Below are positions 31,972-41,656 of a stretch of DNA of 64,000 nucleotides, one piece after another. The position numbers and the translations under genes are program-made. This DNA comes from Nitrospirota bacterium (GTDB lineage: Bacteria; Nitrospirota; Nitrospiria; Nitrospirales; Nitrospiraceae): assembly GCA_963703955.1 (NCBI GenBank), contig CAVPGK010000012.1:64001-128000 (forward strand), read 5' to 3'. The notes beneath the pieces were generated by a model, which saw nothing but the letters and a program-made list of their open reading frames with translations, did no database searches and was not told the DNA's origin. Numbering within the stretch: the first letter of the stretch is position 1; the number at the start of each line of letters is the position of its first letter.

Positions 31972-33750
31972 TTACATTTTACCCTTCCTCTTGTTTGCCC
32001 TGCGAGTAAGTATCCACCCTTCCAGCACCACGACGCCTACTGCGATTAGTGTTGGATAAATATACGTCTCCTTGGGAATCGGCGGCTCTAACACCGTATA
32101 GTAGAAGGCCGACACCGCCATCTTTCGACCAACATCACCGTTGTGGCCATCCCACACGAAGAAGACTGAGGGGATATACTTGCCTGATTCAAAGTAGGTG
32201 TCTTCGTCGTAGTCCGCCTTTAATGGCCGCTGGACGATAAGGGTCCAAAGACCGTCTTTCCATTCGGCCTTGAGGAGTTTCAGCTTCTCGGTGTAGTCAT
32301 CACGTTCCTCAAAGTCCTGATCCCAACCCGTGCCCTTGAATGCTCTCAGCGAACCATCGGCGTCCCACTTCACGATATCGACCGAGTACTTCTGATCTCC
32401 CCACAGAAACCGTGGCTTCTCCGGAGGAGGCAGCTCCTGCCACTTCACGGGGAACTCCATTGCAAATGCATCATTGTAGACGGTGTATTTGTTCTGGTTG
32501 GCTGCGATCGATTCAGGCTCACCGGTCTTGGGCGCCTGCTCCTTGATTCCATATTCATCCAAATTCACTTCCATCGGCTGGAACGGTAGTTTCCCTTCCG
32601 CAACGCTCTTTGACCGATCTTCCCACCGGAACATGAAGGCAATGTGCTTGTCGTTGTACAGGGACTTCACCCACATGTCGTCGATTCGGTTCACAAAGTT
32701 ACGCGGCTTGTGGGTGATCTGCCCGCCAAGGGCCACTAAACGACGCTCTTGTTTCTGCCACATTTCACTCTCTGGATCGTCCGAGATCTCACCTTCGATT
32801 GGACTGGACTTGAGGACGAAGCTGATCTTCGGCTTGTCCGTCAAAGGATCGATTGGAAGCGGCTCTCCCTTCGCGTCGCGCTCACACAGTGATTGGACGA
32901 AGTTGGCAATATGCCACCGCTCTTCAACTGTGGTGTTGTCAGCGAACGACGGCATCGGCGTCCCGTTCACACCGGTCGAAAAGGTCCGGAAAATATTTTT
33001 CACGTTGTACGCATCCTGGCGGCTCCCTCTAAAGTTCCAGCACTTGTGCCAACTGGCCGGCTGGATGGGAAAGCCCCAGTCATCCTTCAAATTAAAGGCG
33101 TTTCCATCTCCACGCCCATTGACTCCATGGCACTCGATACATTTCTTGTCGACAACGAGCTGTGCGCCTTTCTCAATACTCTCTTTGGTCGGCGGGATCA
33201 CTTTCATGCTATCCAACTGAAGAACGGTCTGAGTTTCCGTTGCTTGGTCATCAAACTTCCGATCCTTCACAAGCTGCGACGTGACAAATGAAAGCACCTG
33301 AAGACGCTGTTCCTCCGACAGAATACCTTCCCATGACGGCATGGCTGATCCAGGCAGCCCGTGCGTGACGGTTTCAAACAGGTCATTCTGACCTGGGATG
33401 GGCTTCTTCGCATCGAAGAGCGGTAACTCTCCACTTGCCGTATGCCGGATCTTAAAGGTCCCCTGATTGAAATTGCGCGGGCGTGGCCACAGGCGATCGG
33501 CTGCCGGGCCGTCTCCCGCTCCATCAACCCCATGACACCAGACACACTTGGTAAAATACACGCGCTTGCCGGCCTCAATCATCTCCGCGGGAGGCAGGGG
33601 AGCCAGATCCCCTTTCTTGAAGCCCTCGGGAAGCCCGGAGCCACCTTCCTGGGCAAAGATTGACGGGCCTGTGCTACCCGAAACCATGATGACGCTCAGC
33701 GCGACGATCACGATCAAGAGCGGCTGAGTCTTAAACCGAAAGTACCTCAT
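31972..33750 (-). CDS. Membrane-anchored diheme cytochrome c fused to a DMSO-reductase gamma-like domain (alternative NxrC candidate)
   Basis: Signal peptide, CVWCH, CIECH, LGGQIT...FRWED...FFVWDG domain, C-terminal TM helix. Confidence 0.82.
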   Translation of the reverse strand: MRYFRFKTQPLLIVIVALSVIMVSGSTGPSIFAQEGGSGLPEGFKKGDLAPLPPAEMIEAGKRVYFTKCVWCHGVDGAGDGPAADRLWPRPRNFNQGTFKIRHTASGELPLFDAKKPIPGQNDLFETVTHGLPGSAMPSWEGILSEEQRLQVLSFVTSQLVKDRKFDDQATETQTVLQLDSMKVIPPTKESIEKGAQLVVDKKCIECHGVNGRGDGNAFNLKDDWGFPIQPASWHKCWNFRGSRQDAYNVKNIFRTFSTGVNGTPMPSFADNTTVEERWHIANFVQSLCERDAKGEPLPIDPLTDKPKISFVLKSSPIEGEISDDPESEMWQKQERRLVALGGQITHKPRNFVNRIDDMWVKSLYNDKHIAFMFRWEDRSKSVAEGKLPFQPMEVNLDEYGIKEQAPKTGEPESIAANQNKYTVYNDAFAMEFPVKWQELPPPEKPRFLWGDQKYSVDIVKWDADGSLRAFKGTGWDQDFEERDDYTEKLKLLKAEWKDGLWTLIVQRPLKADYDEDTYFESGKYIPSVFFVWDGHNGDVGRKMAVSAFYYTVLEPPIPKETYIYPTLIAVGVVVLEGWILTRRANKRKGKM

Positions 33751-33779
33751 GGCGACACCCCTTCACCGAATGTGTGGGA

Positions 33780-34733
33780 TTAATCCCAAGTCCTTGGATA
33801 ATAACCAGTGTGCCAATATTCAAACATCACGACCTTCCAGATCTCGTCCGTGGTCAGGTGCTGCTCCCAAGGCGGCATGACTGAGGCCCACGGGAACCCC
33901 TCGCGAGGCAATCCAATTCCACCCTTTGAGACGCGCCAAAAGATGAAGGTTTCTTGGAGCTGAGCAATCGTCCCTGGGTCGGTGAAATTCGCAGGAATAG
34001 GATTGAACGCAAAGGCATGCAGACCACGGCCGTTCAGGTTGTCACCATGACAGAAGTGACAATTCTGAAAGAAGATCTCTCCGCCCTCGCGAACGTACTT
34101 GAGATAGCCTTCCGCTTTCGGATCCCACGGATTGGCATCGGGTTTCAGCAAGCGGCCCATGCTCTGCTCGACAATGCGAGCATTGGTATAGTCCTGGTCG
34201 TATTTCCCTTCTCCGTTGACACGAAATGGGTTCGAGGATGTCTGCAGTACAAAGGTCTTCCCATGCACCTTCGTGCTCGCCGGAGGCGCCGGGTGGACCG
34301 TTCTCAATTCGATTGGTTCTTCGAGGTTCGGGAGAAATGAGTTGTAGGAAAACGCCCAAAACACGAAGGGCAGGATAATCAGATATCCCCATTTTAAAGC
34401 CTTATGGAACCCTGTCTTGCCATCCAAAACATTCAAGATAGGTTGCTTGAATTTCCTCCAATCTTCCTCGTTGCTGGACATCCACATGAAGACCGCGATC
34501 ATCGTGACGAAGCCATACATGGCGCGCACGCTGAACGGGATCGGGGGATAGATCCTGTACTTGAGGTACAACAGGATGAAGGCCACGAATCCGATCCCTT
34601 GCCACAGTCTTGGAATCCCCAGTCCACTCTTGTTGAGCAGATGACTGACGAGCGCAAACACGGCCACGCAGACTGCCAGCTCGAAGAGCATTTGCATCGG
34701 CATGTAACCTTCAACTAACTTCAAGGACGTCAT
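33780..34733 (-). CDS. Membrane-bound monoheme cytochrome c
   Basis: About four N-terminal TM segments, CHFCH, distal SVMPPW. Confidence 0.85.
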   Translation of the reverse strand: MTSLKLVEGYMPMQMLFELAVCVAVFALVSHLLNKSGLGIPRLWQGIGFVAFILLYLKYRIYPPIPFSVRAMYGFVTMIAVFMWMSSNEEDWRKFKQPILNVLDGKTGFHKALKWGYLIILPFVFWAFSYNSFLPNLEEPIELRTVHPAPPASTKVHGKTFVLQTSSNPFRVNGEGKYDQDYTNARIVEQSMGRLLKPDANPWDPKAEGYLKYVREGGEIFFQNCHFCHGDNLNGRGLHAFAFNPIPANFTDPGTIAQLQETFIFWRVSKGGIGLPREGFPWASVMPPWEQHLTTDEIWKVVMFEYWHTGYYPRTWD

Positions 34734-34778
34734 GATCGACTCTCCTTTTTAGGACAAAGCGATTCCCCAAGAGCGCGG

Positions 34779-36086
34779 CTAGATTTTCGGTGGCTCCTTC
34801 CCTTCCTCGATCTGTGACAGATAGTCCACTATCTTGTTGAGGGCTCCGGCGCTGAGCTTCTGCCCGAAGATCTTGGGCATCACACCGTCTTGGAATGGCT
34901 TGACCACGTATACGCTCGGGGCAATCACAGATTCAGTAATATATTCGCGCACCGTCTTGGCGGCCCCTTTGTAGCCGGGGTCTTTCAAGCGACTCGGCGC
35001 ATTGGTTTTTTCTACCAGCTTCGGACCGACGGTTCCCATGGCTCCAGGGATGCCGGGAATCGTATGGCAGACAATGCACTGAGCCTTCGCGAAAATTTGA
35101 TCGGTCGGCTCCGAGCCGTCAGCCAACAGCCCACCCCCTCCGGCGGCAGGTTTATCCTCTGTCTGCTTCGGACGATCGGCTTCAGGGATGAATTTCTCGT
35201 AGGCTTTGACGATCTCCTCGTAGCTTGGCGCATCTTTTCCTTCGCGGACATACATCCAGGTATCCACAGCCGCCAACTCGCCCAGCGACAACGATATGGG
35301 TGGTTTATGGATAGCCGGCATCGGGCTCTCTTTATCATTCGTCCCTTTCGTGCCGAATCCAGCTACGACATAGCAACTCGGACACGCGTGCGATTCAGAA
35401 ATGTATTCCTGCGCATTCTCAGCAGTCCCGGCACCGGGAAAAGATTCTTTTTGAGCAGAGTCGCGATCTTGCGGTTTACCCTTGTGATAACGGGCATCTT
35501 CGATCTGCTGCTTGGATCGATCCGGAATCCCGAACAGGTTCGGAGCACGTTCACTTAAAAAGCCCTGGTTGAATCCATGGCAGAGGGGACACTGTCCCTT
35601 GCCGATCGCCCCTTGCACCGCGCTCTGACCGATCCCGCCGAAGATAATCTTTTCCCCTTCATCAGCAAGCTGCTGGGCCGACATGCTCCCGAAATCCAGC
35701 TTCACCTCAGGTGGAGGAAACCCGCCTTCGACCTGGGGCAACCAATTGCCATAGCCGGAAAGCCCGGCGGCCACAAGAAACATGAATCCGCCGATCTTGA
35801 AGAGAGCGCCCACACTGGAGAAATACAGGCCCATCATAAAGGCGAGCGCTGTAATCATGAAGAGAGAAACGGGCAAGAGACGAGAATTACCAAAAAAGTT
35901 GATTTGGTAATTGGCAATCGCCATGAGCAACATGACTGTGGCGATCATACCGATGAAGGTCTTAAAAATGGCGCGCTTCTTTAGCGCCGGGTCTTCAATG
36001 CTGACCTGGAAGTAGACAATCAAACCTAAGAGTAGGACCAAAATCGGCCAACCGAGATCAAGCGCTGCCCCCAGTAACTCCGCCAC
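34779..36086 (-). CDS. Membrane-bound diheme cytochrome c
   Basis: About four N-terminal TM segments, CPLCH and CIVCH in two repeated domains. Confidence 0.85.
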   Translation of the reverse strand: MAELLGAALDLGWPILVLLLGLIVYFQVSIEDPALKKRAIFKTFIGMIATVMLLMAIANYQINFFGNSRLLPVSLFMITALAFMMGLYFSSVGALFKIGGFMFLVAAGLSGYGNWLPQVEGGFPPPEVKLDFGSMSAQQLADEGEKIIFGGIGQSAVQGAIGKGQCPLCHGFNQGFLSERAPNLFGIPDRSKQQIEDARYHKGKPQDRDSAQKESFPGAGTAENAQEYISESHACPSCYVVAGFGTKGTNDKESPMPAIHKPPISLSLGELAAVDTWMYVREGKDAPSYEEIVKAYEKFIPEADRPKQTEDKPAAGGGGLLADGSEPTDQIFAKAQCIVCHTIPGIPGAMGTVGPKLVEKTNAPSRLKDPGYKGAAKTVREYITESVIAPSVYVVKPFQDGVMPKIFGQKLSAGALNKIVDYLSQIEEGKEPPKI

Positions 36087-36158
36087 GTGGAAACCTCCTG
36101 GGCCGCTCTCCGGTTATTGCCGGATTGCGGCCCGTTAAGTCCTACAATGCGTAGAGAA

Positions 36159-38096
36159 TTAGTGAGCTGGCTCCGGAGCCCCTCCAGGAACCGGAGCTTT
36201 CGCTCCAACGGGCGCCTTCTTGGCCGCAAGCGTTCCGAGCCAGAAGACGAACATAATGCTGATCCAGAAGAAGAGTACGTTGAACGAGATCATATTGGCC
36301 CCGAATCCAACCGTATGGGTATAGGCCCATGGGGAATTGTCACGCATGATCTCATTGACGTGCCAGAACAGACGGACCGACGACCGAATGTATCCCATCA
36401 ATCCCATCATCCACGTAAATGCCGTCGCGAGCATGATGATCGCATACTGAGACCGGACCGAAATCTTCCCCCACTGAATTGGCCCGATCTCCTTGGCGCC
36501 TTTCAGCATAGCGATATTGAGCGCCGTCATGAAGAACAGACAGGAGAGCGTTGTCGCCACTTGGGGAACAGAGAGACCCACACGCACGTTTGCAGGAATG
36601 TAGTACCCGTAGATGGCGAGCCAGACAATATTCACGTAGGCCAAGAAGAAGAAACAGCCCATGAAAATATTCCCGAACTTCGCCCAGGATACAGCCGGTA
36701 TTTTGTTTCCTCGCTGATACCAAATGAAGCTCAGCACGGTTGTGGTGATAATCACATTGATGCCGCCGTTCTTGGCTGACATCACACCGTAATTACCCAA
36801 CACAGGGTGCTGCTGGCCGCCCATCGCCTTCAGCTCGGCCGGGGTCATCACGATCGTGTGCGGCGTAATAAAGACCAAGAATCCGCAGACCAGAATAAAC
36901 ACGAAATACTTGATCCAACGCTGGAACCGCTCTGCTCCGGTCATCCGGCCCAGTGCCTGCCACAGATAGTAGTTCGTGCTCAGGAACAGAATGCCGATCA
37001 TGGTGGCCTGGATAATAAAGAGCCACGCAAGCAAGCCACCCATCAGCGTAATGCCCATCTGTTGGCGGTAGGCATAGACCTCGCGCATCAACCAGTAACC
37101 TGCGAACGGAAGAGGAATGAGGAATGCCACACCGAGGGACATCGCGATATAGCCCATCCAGTCATAATGGGCGCGCTCCTCATCGTTCTTCGCGGACAAG
37201 AAACGATACGCGGCGTAGGCCGCGACCACGCCGCCCCCGAAGGCCATGTTTCCGAGGATACGGTGCACGTTCAGCGGATTCCAGAGAGCGGTATGAATAA
37301 CGTGCCAAATGTTGCCCAAGAAACGTCCCTGTTCATCCACGCCCGCCGGGGACATCATGAACCCGATCCAGGAATTGGCAAGCATCATCAACAGGGTGCC
37401 GATCACGTTGAGAATGACCGACATGCTCAAATGGACCCACTTCAACAGCCCCTCCTTCATCTTGTCCCAACCGTAATAGTAGATGTAGAGGGTTCCGCTC
37501 TCAGCCACGAACGTGAGCGCGTAGATGTGCATGACCGGGCGGAAGATACTCGACAGATACCCAAAGAAGGCCGGATAGAGCGTCAAGAACGTAAAGATCA
37601 GGATGCCGCCCAGAATAGCTGTTAAGGAATACGCGGTCAGGCTGATCTTGATGAAGTCATAGGCGAGCTGATCGTACTTCTTCGCCATCGCTTTATCCTT
37701 CGTCACCATACCCATGAACTCAATCACCATGCAGAAAATGGGGACCGCAAGAACAAAGCTGCCGTAGTAGAGGTGCTGTTGGTTCGCAAACCAGAGAAGC
37801 ACGCGACTCTCAAAGTTGTAACGGGGATAATCTTTGGGGCCGTCGGTGGTCTTCGGCGCCGGCGCCCCGGACACAATCCCTTCGGTCTTATAGTAGACGT
37901 CGCGAGACTTCTCGACCTTCTTCTCCGGCTCGGCGCCTGCCTTTTTGGCCACATCAGGAGGAGGGCCCCCGGCCGTCTCGCCCCCTCCACCGCTGGCAAG
38001 CGCAGGAATCGAAACAATGACCGGGAGCAGCAGAAGGCCGATCATTGCGCTCAACGCCATAATTGACAGCGTCTTCTTACGGGTTAAACTACCCAT
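36159..38096 (-). CDS. Cytochrome bd-like oxidase subunit I (CydA-like), copy 1
   Basis: QQHLYYGSFVL, FVAESG, ANSWIGFMMSPAG, NVHRILGN, GYIRSSVRLFW; many TM helices; GGAGG RBS. Confidence 0.85.
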   Translation of the reverse strand: MGSLTRKKTLSIMALSAMIGLLLLPVIVSIPALASGGGGETAGGPPPDVAKKAGAEPEKKVEKSRDVYYKTEGIVSGAPAPKTTDGPKDYPRYNFESRVLLWFANQQHLYYGSFVLAVPIFCMVIEFMGMVTKDKAMAKKYDQLAYDFIKISLTAYSLTAILGGILIFTFLTLYPAFFGYLSSIFRPVMHIYALTFVAESGTLYIYYYGWDKMKEGLLKWVHLSMSVILNVIGTLLMMLANSWIGFMMSPAGVDEQGRFLGNIWHVIHTALWNPLNVHRILGNMAFGGGVVAAYAAYRFLSAKNDEERAHYDWMGYIAMSLGVAFLIPLPFAGYWLMREVYAYRQQMGITLMGGLLAWLFIIQATMIGILFLSTNYYLWQALGRMTGAERFQRWIKYFVFILVCGFLVFITPHTIVMTPAELKAMGGQQHPVLGNYGVMSAKNGGINVIITTTVLSFIWYQRGNKIPAVSWAKFGNIFMGCFFFLAYVNIVWLAIYGYYIPANVRVGLSVPQVATTLSCLFFMTALNIAMLKGAKEIGPIQWGKISVRSQYAIIMLATAFTWMMGLMGYIRSSVRLFWHVNEIMRDNSPWAYTHTVGFGANMISFNVLFFWISIMFVFWLGTLAAKKAPVGAKAPVPGGAPEPAH

Positions 38097-38179
38097 GACT
38101 CCCTCCTTCAACAGTCGATGATGTTCTTCTGTAAGAGCACGGTTGAAACAGCAATAATCGGAACCTATGCGATGATGAT

Positions 38180-38302
38180 CTACTTCCTGAACAGATACCA
38201 ATAATCCAATCCCTGCATATCCATCAGGAAGTGATCGACCAGAGTAAAATAGACCAGAGAGATAGCCAATGACACGACGACGTATAACACTGTCTTTCCC
38301 AT
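38180..38302 (-). CDS. 40-aa single-helix membrane microprotein (not in the ORF track)
   Basis: Hand translation MGKTVLYVVVSLAISLVYFTLVDHFLMDMQGLDYWYLFRK; G-rich RBS; co-oriented inside the operon. Confidence 0.7.
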   Translation of the reverse strand: MGKTVLYVVVSLAISLVYFTLVDHFLMDMQGLDYWYLFRK

Positions 38303-38350
38303 ACTGCGCCCCCCGATTAATTTAATTAGGCCGACGAACCGATACCTGTC

Positions 38351-38470
38351 CTAGCAAGGGCACTGGATTCCGGCAAACCAGTAAAAAAACCACAAACTAA
38401 CCGCGCACGTGGCATAGAAAATCATCTTCCCGATCTTGATCTTGATATCACTCTGAGCTACCGCTTCCAT
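38351..38470 (-). CDS. 39-aa single-helix membrane microprotein ending in CPC (not in the ORF track)
   Basis: Hand translation MEAVAQSDIKIKIGKMIFYATCAVSLWFFYWFAGIQCPC; AAGGAG RBS; first ORF after the promoter. Confidence 0.72.
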   Translation of the reverse strand: MEAVAQSDIKIKIGKMIFYATCAVSLWFFYWFAGIQCPC

Positions 38471-38612
38471 TTCATCTCCTTGCCGAAACCGTCGAATAGG
38501 TTAGAGCTGCTTAACCTCAACATTTCTTGACAGATTTGGACGGGTATGTTACCTATTTCTTTCTGTTAGGTAAAAAGGGCGGAACATGAAGAAAAATTCA
38601 AAATTGTTCGAC

Positions 38613-38641
38613 ATTATAGTTTTGGCAGGAATGGTTGTCAA
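38613..38641 (-). promoter_or_regulatory. Consensus sigma70 promoter of the microprotein/bd-like oxidase operon
   Basis: Exact TTGACA-N17-TATAAT on the minus strand in an AT-rich intergenic region. Confidence 0.85.
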
Positions 38642-38660
38642 TATAATTTTGGCCGTGTTC

Positions 38661-39596
38661 CTAATCCTCTACTACTTTGATTTTCTTTGATTTTTCTACG
38701 ATTTTTTCCTCCTGAGCCGAGGCAGCGGCCAGGCCTCCATCGCGCGCAGAAACCGCACACCGAAAGCCGATAGTTTCATCACGGAAATCGGGAACCATCC
38801 GACTACGGCTTGTGATCCTGATATCGGTGCCGGTACTCGTGTATCCTCCCCCCCTGAGGACCTTAAACACGCCATGATCCGGTCCGTTAGGACTCTTATC
38901 AGTTGGAACGCGATAGGCATCTTCTGCGTACCAATCCGCCACCCATTCCATGACATTCCCTGCGCCGTCCGCGACACGAAACGGGCTGACGTCGCGTTGA
39001 AACGATCCCACCGGAGCGGTTACATCGAATCCATCCCGCGCAGAGTTCCAGTTTGAAGCCGTATAGTCGGGGTCATGTCCCCACGGCCACAACCGTCCAT
39101 CTGTTCCACGCATAGCCTTCTCCCATTCGGCTTCGGTTGGAAGACGCTTCCCTTTCCACCGACAATACGCATCCGCATCCTCCCACGACACATAGGTGAC
39201 CGGCTGGTTGACCCCGGACATCCGCGAGAGATTCTTGGCATATCGTGAAGGCGGAGCCGCTTTGCGATGGCCTGTCGCCGTTACGAAGGCCTGGTACTGA
39301 TGAGTCGTCACTTCGAAGCGGTCAATCGAAAACGCATCGAGGTAGATCTTCCGTTCTGGCTGCTCATCGTACCCCCCGACCATGGTCCCACGGATAAACG
39401 GACCTGCGGGGATCAGAACCATCTCTTCTTGAACAGGTGTGTCTTGTGCAGAGACGGGCGAAGATTCGCCTGAGGATTCCGAAAGCGATGGTTCCATCGG
39501 CGGCGGCGTGGTGCCTTTGAGAATCCCCATGACCGGCAAACTGGCCATGAAGAGCACGACCAGGAGGAAGGCGATTTTGAATTTCGTCTCTAGCAT
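38661..39596 (-). CDS. FGE-sulfatase (SUMF1/EgtB/PvdO) fold protein
   Basis: IDRFEVT, PVTYVSWEDADAYC, RLPTEAEWEKA, GNVMEWV, RGG, IGFRCA. Confidence 0.88.
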   Translation of the reverse strand: MLETKFKIAFLLVVLFMASLPVMGILKGTTPPPMEPSLSESSGESSPVSAQDTPVQEEMVLIPAGPFIRGTMVGGYDEQPERKIYLDAFSIDRFEVTTHQYQAFVTATGHRKAAPPSRYAKNLSRMSGVNQPVTYVSWEDADAYCRWKGKRLPTEAEWEKAMRGTDGRLWPWGHDPDYTASNWNSARDGFDVTAPVGSFQRDVSPFRVADGAGNVMEWVADWYAEDAYRVPTDKSPNGPDHGVFKVLRGGGYTSTGTDIRITSRSRMVPDFRDETIGFRCAVSARDGGLAAASAQEEKIVEKSKKIKVVED

Positions 39597-39620
39597 GCGT
39601 CGTCCACACCTCAGGCACGC

Positions 39621-40535
39621 TCAAGGGGCATTCTGATGATCCGATGAATCCGCGCTCTTCGCGCAGCGAATGCCGATCGTGCTGTCGGTTCGCCACATCT
39701 TGGCCTGGAATCGTTTCGAGAGCCGCGCATTATGCTGGGTTTCACGCCAGGAACCGCCACGGATGACCTTGTGCTGTCCGTGATCAGGCCCCTTTGGGTC
39801 CCGAAACGGGGTCTTTTGATAATATTGCTCGCCGTACGTATCAGCCACCCACTCGGCCACATTCCCCGTCATGTCATAGACGCCATACGGGCTTCGGCCG
39901 GATTCAAAGGAACCCGGAGGGGCTAGATACTTAAATCCATCTTCGTCGCTATCGACGTTGGCATGGCCCGATCCGAATTCGTCGCCCCAGGGGTATCGCC
40001 GCCTACCTTCTCCCCGTCCCGCTTTCTCCCATTCCGCTTCTGTCGGCAACCGCTTTCCAGCCCACATGCAATAGGCTTCGGCGTCCCCCCAGGACATACC
40101 CATCGCGGGCAGCTCGGGTTTCAGAATGAGCGACTGATCATCCTCGAACACAGGCACAAACGGCTTGCCCCGCTTGGTCATGCGTACGAAGCGATCGTAC
40201 TCAGCCTGCGTCACTTCCTTCTTATCGATGTAGTAGGCGGTGAGAAACACCTGATGCTCCGGGGTTTCATCCGGGTCGCCTTCTTTGCTCCCCATGATGA
40301 ATGGCCCTTCCGGAATCTCCACCATTTCGCGCCCATCATCGCCGACACTCGTCTTGTACATGGAAAAATCGCGAGGAGCGACCACCGAGGCCGGCTTTTT
40401 CTCGGTCACAATCGAAGCCACGAGTTCTCGCTGCTTCTTGGCTTTATAGGATTCGTAGACCAAGCCCACGATCATGAGGATAAATGAAGCAAACACGAAC
40501 ACGATCGACCCGATCAGGACACCTCGATTTTCCAT
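39621..40535 (-). CDS. FGE-sulfatase (SUMF1/EgtB/PvdO) fold protein, membrane anchored
   Basis: N-terminal TM helix, RLPTEAEWEKA, DMTGNVAEWV, RGGSW, IGIRCA. Confidence 0.88.
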   Translation of the reverse strand: MENRGVLIGSIVFVFASFILMIVGLVYESYKAKKQRELVASIVTEKKPASVVAPRDFSMYKTSVGDDGREMVEIPEGPFIMGSKEGDPDETPEHQVFLTAYYIDKKEVTQAEYDRFVRMTKRGKPFVPVFEDDQSLILKPELPAMGMSWGDAEAYCMWAGKRLPTEAEWEKAGRGEGRRRYPWGDEFGSGHANVDSDEDGFKYLAPPGSFESGRSPYGVYDMTGNVAEWVADTYGEQYYQKTPFRDPKGPDHGQHKVIRGGSWRETQHNARLSKRFQAKMWRTDSTIGIRCAKSADSSDHQNAP

Positions 40536-40595
40536 AATCCCCTACCGAAAGAGCCAGAACCCTCGCAACCGTACGGATACCCTGTGAGAAGGCAA

Positions 40596-40979
40596 TCAGG
40601 GTCCTCCGTCATGCGGCAGCGCCGCCCGCTTTCGTTCCGTCCACATGTCCAAGAGCATGGAGAATTGCACCCCCAGAAACCCTCCCATCGCCGCGCCGGC
40701 ACCCGCCCCTACAGTAATTTTCTCTGACCCTGCCAGCGCCCAGGCCAACACGCCGCCCAACACGCTGCCGATCAGAATGCTGATGAGAAAGCGGCGCCCC
40801 CCCAATACACCGACAACGGTGCCCAAGGCCACGCCGACACCGGCGGCCACAGCAGGAGCCTGGCCGCCCATCAGCAACCCGATCATAGTGCCAACGGCGC
40901 CCATCAGGATCGCGCCGAACACCATGTCGATGATCTTGCCGCGGGACAGTTGAGACGAATTGGTGCTCGGCTGATCCAC
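40596..40979 (-). CDS. Small glycine-rich membrane protein
   Basis: Four GxxxG-rich hydrophobic segments; GAGGA RBS before a GTG start. Confidence 0.65.
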   Translation of the reverse strand: MDQPSTNSSQLSRGKIIDMVFGAILMGAVGTMIGLLMGGQAPAVAAGVGVALGTVVGVLGGRRFLISILIGSVLGGVLAWALAGSEKITVGAGAGAAMGGFLGVQFSMLLDMWTERKRAALPHDGGP

Positions 40980-40996
40980 GAGCGAGTCCTCGAAGG

Positions 40997-41656
40997 TTAG
41001 GGAGTAGAAACCGTGATCGGTCCAAAATCCACTTCGACACCAGGCCCGCCTAGCAACGAGATGCCCCACGCTTTTTCAGCGGGCTCATGCTTATGAATGC
41101 GCTTGAAGTCCTCATACGCATTCACCCGTTCCTCGATCCATTCCCCAATGGGCTGCGCTCCGCTTCGAAGCACGATCTCGGACGCTCCGAAGGTTCCGCC
41201 TTCGGTCATCGTCCCAATGACCTTCGTCGCACTCCACACATACTTGGTCGTTACCGGAATGAACATGAGGTCCGTATCCAAGGAGACAAACACTGCCGCA
41301 ATCGGGTCAGCCTCGGCCGGAGCCGATTTCAGTCTCCAACGCCAGGTGACGATCGGCGTGGCCTTGGGATCCCACCCAATTTTCTTGTAGACCCGCTGAT
41401 CGGCCGCTTTTGCCGTTAGGAAAAAGGGGGTCTCATGATCCGATTTGACGCTGTAGGCCTCTTTCGCTTTCGTCTCGCTCCGCTGGGCTCTCCAGCCGGC
41501 CGGAAATCCAAGTTCATCCCTGTCGTGGAAATCCTCCAACACCGTTTGACCTGCTTCTTGCGCGTTTGCGGGAAGCGGTCCGGCAGACAAAAAGACCATC
41601 AAAAAGACGAGGTAGAGCAGTCTCATTCGTCGTGACAGGAGCGGTCGCCACTTCAT
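40997..41656 (-). CDS. Exported protein, DUF3047-like
   Basis: Signal peptide, [31 protein letters not shown]. Confidence 0.7.
   Translation of the reverse strand: MKWRPLLSRRMRLLYLVFLMVFLSAGPLPANAQEAGQTVLEDFHDRDELGFPAGWRAQRSETKAKEAYSVKSDHETPFFLTAKAADQRVYKKIGWDPKATPIVTWRWRLKSAPAEADPIAAVFVSLDTDLMFIPVTTKYVWSATKVIGTMTEGGTFGASEIVLRSGAQPIGEWIEERVNAYEDFKRIHKHEPAEKAWGISLLGGPGVEVDFGPITVSTP

Noticed and set aside
38097..38201. N-terminal extension of CydA-like copy 1 given in the ORF track
   Set aside because: The RBS precedes the ATG at 38096, and the extension overlaps the end of the 40-aa microprotein gene
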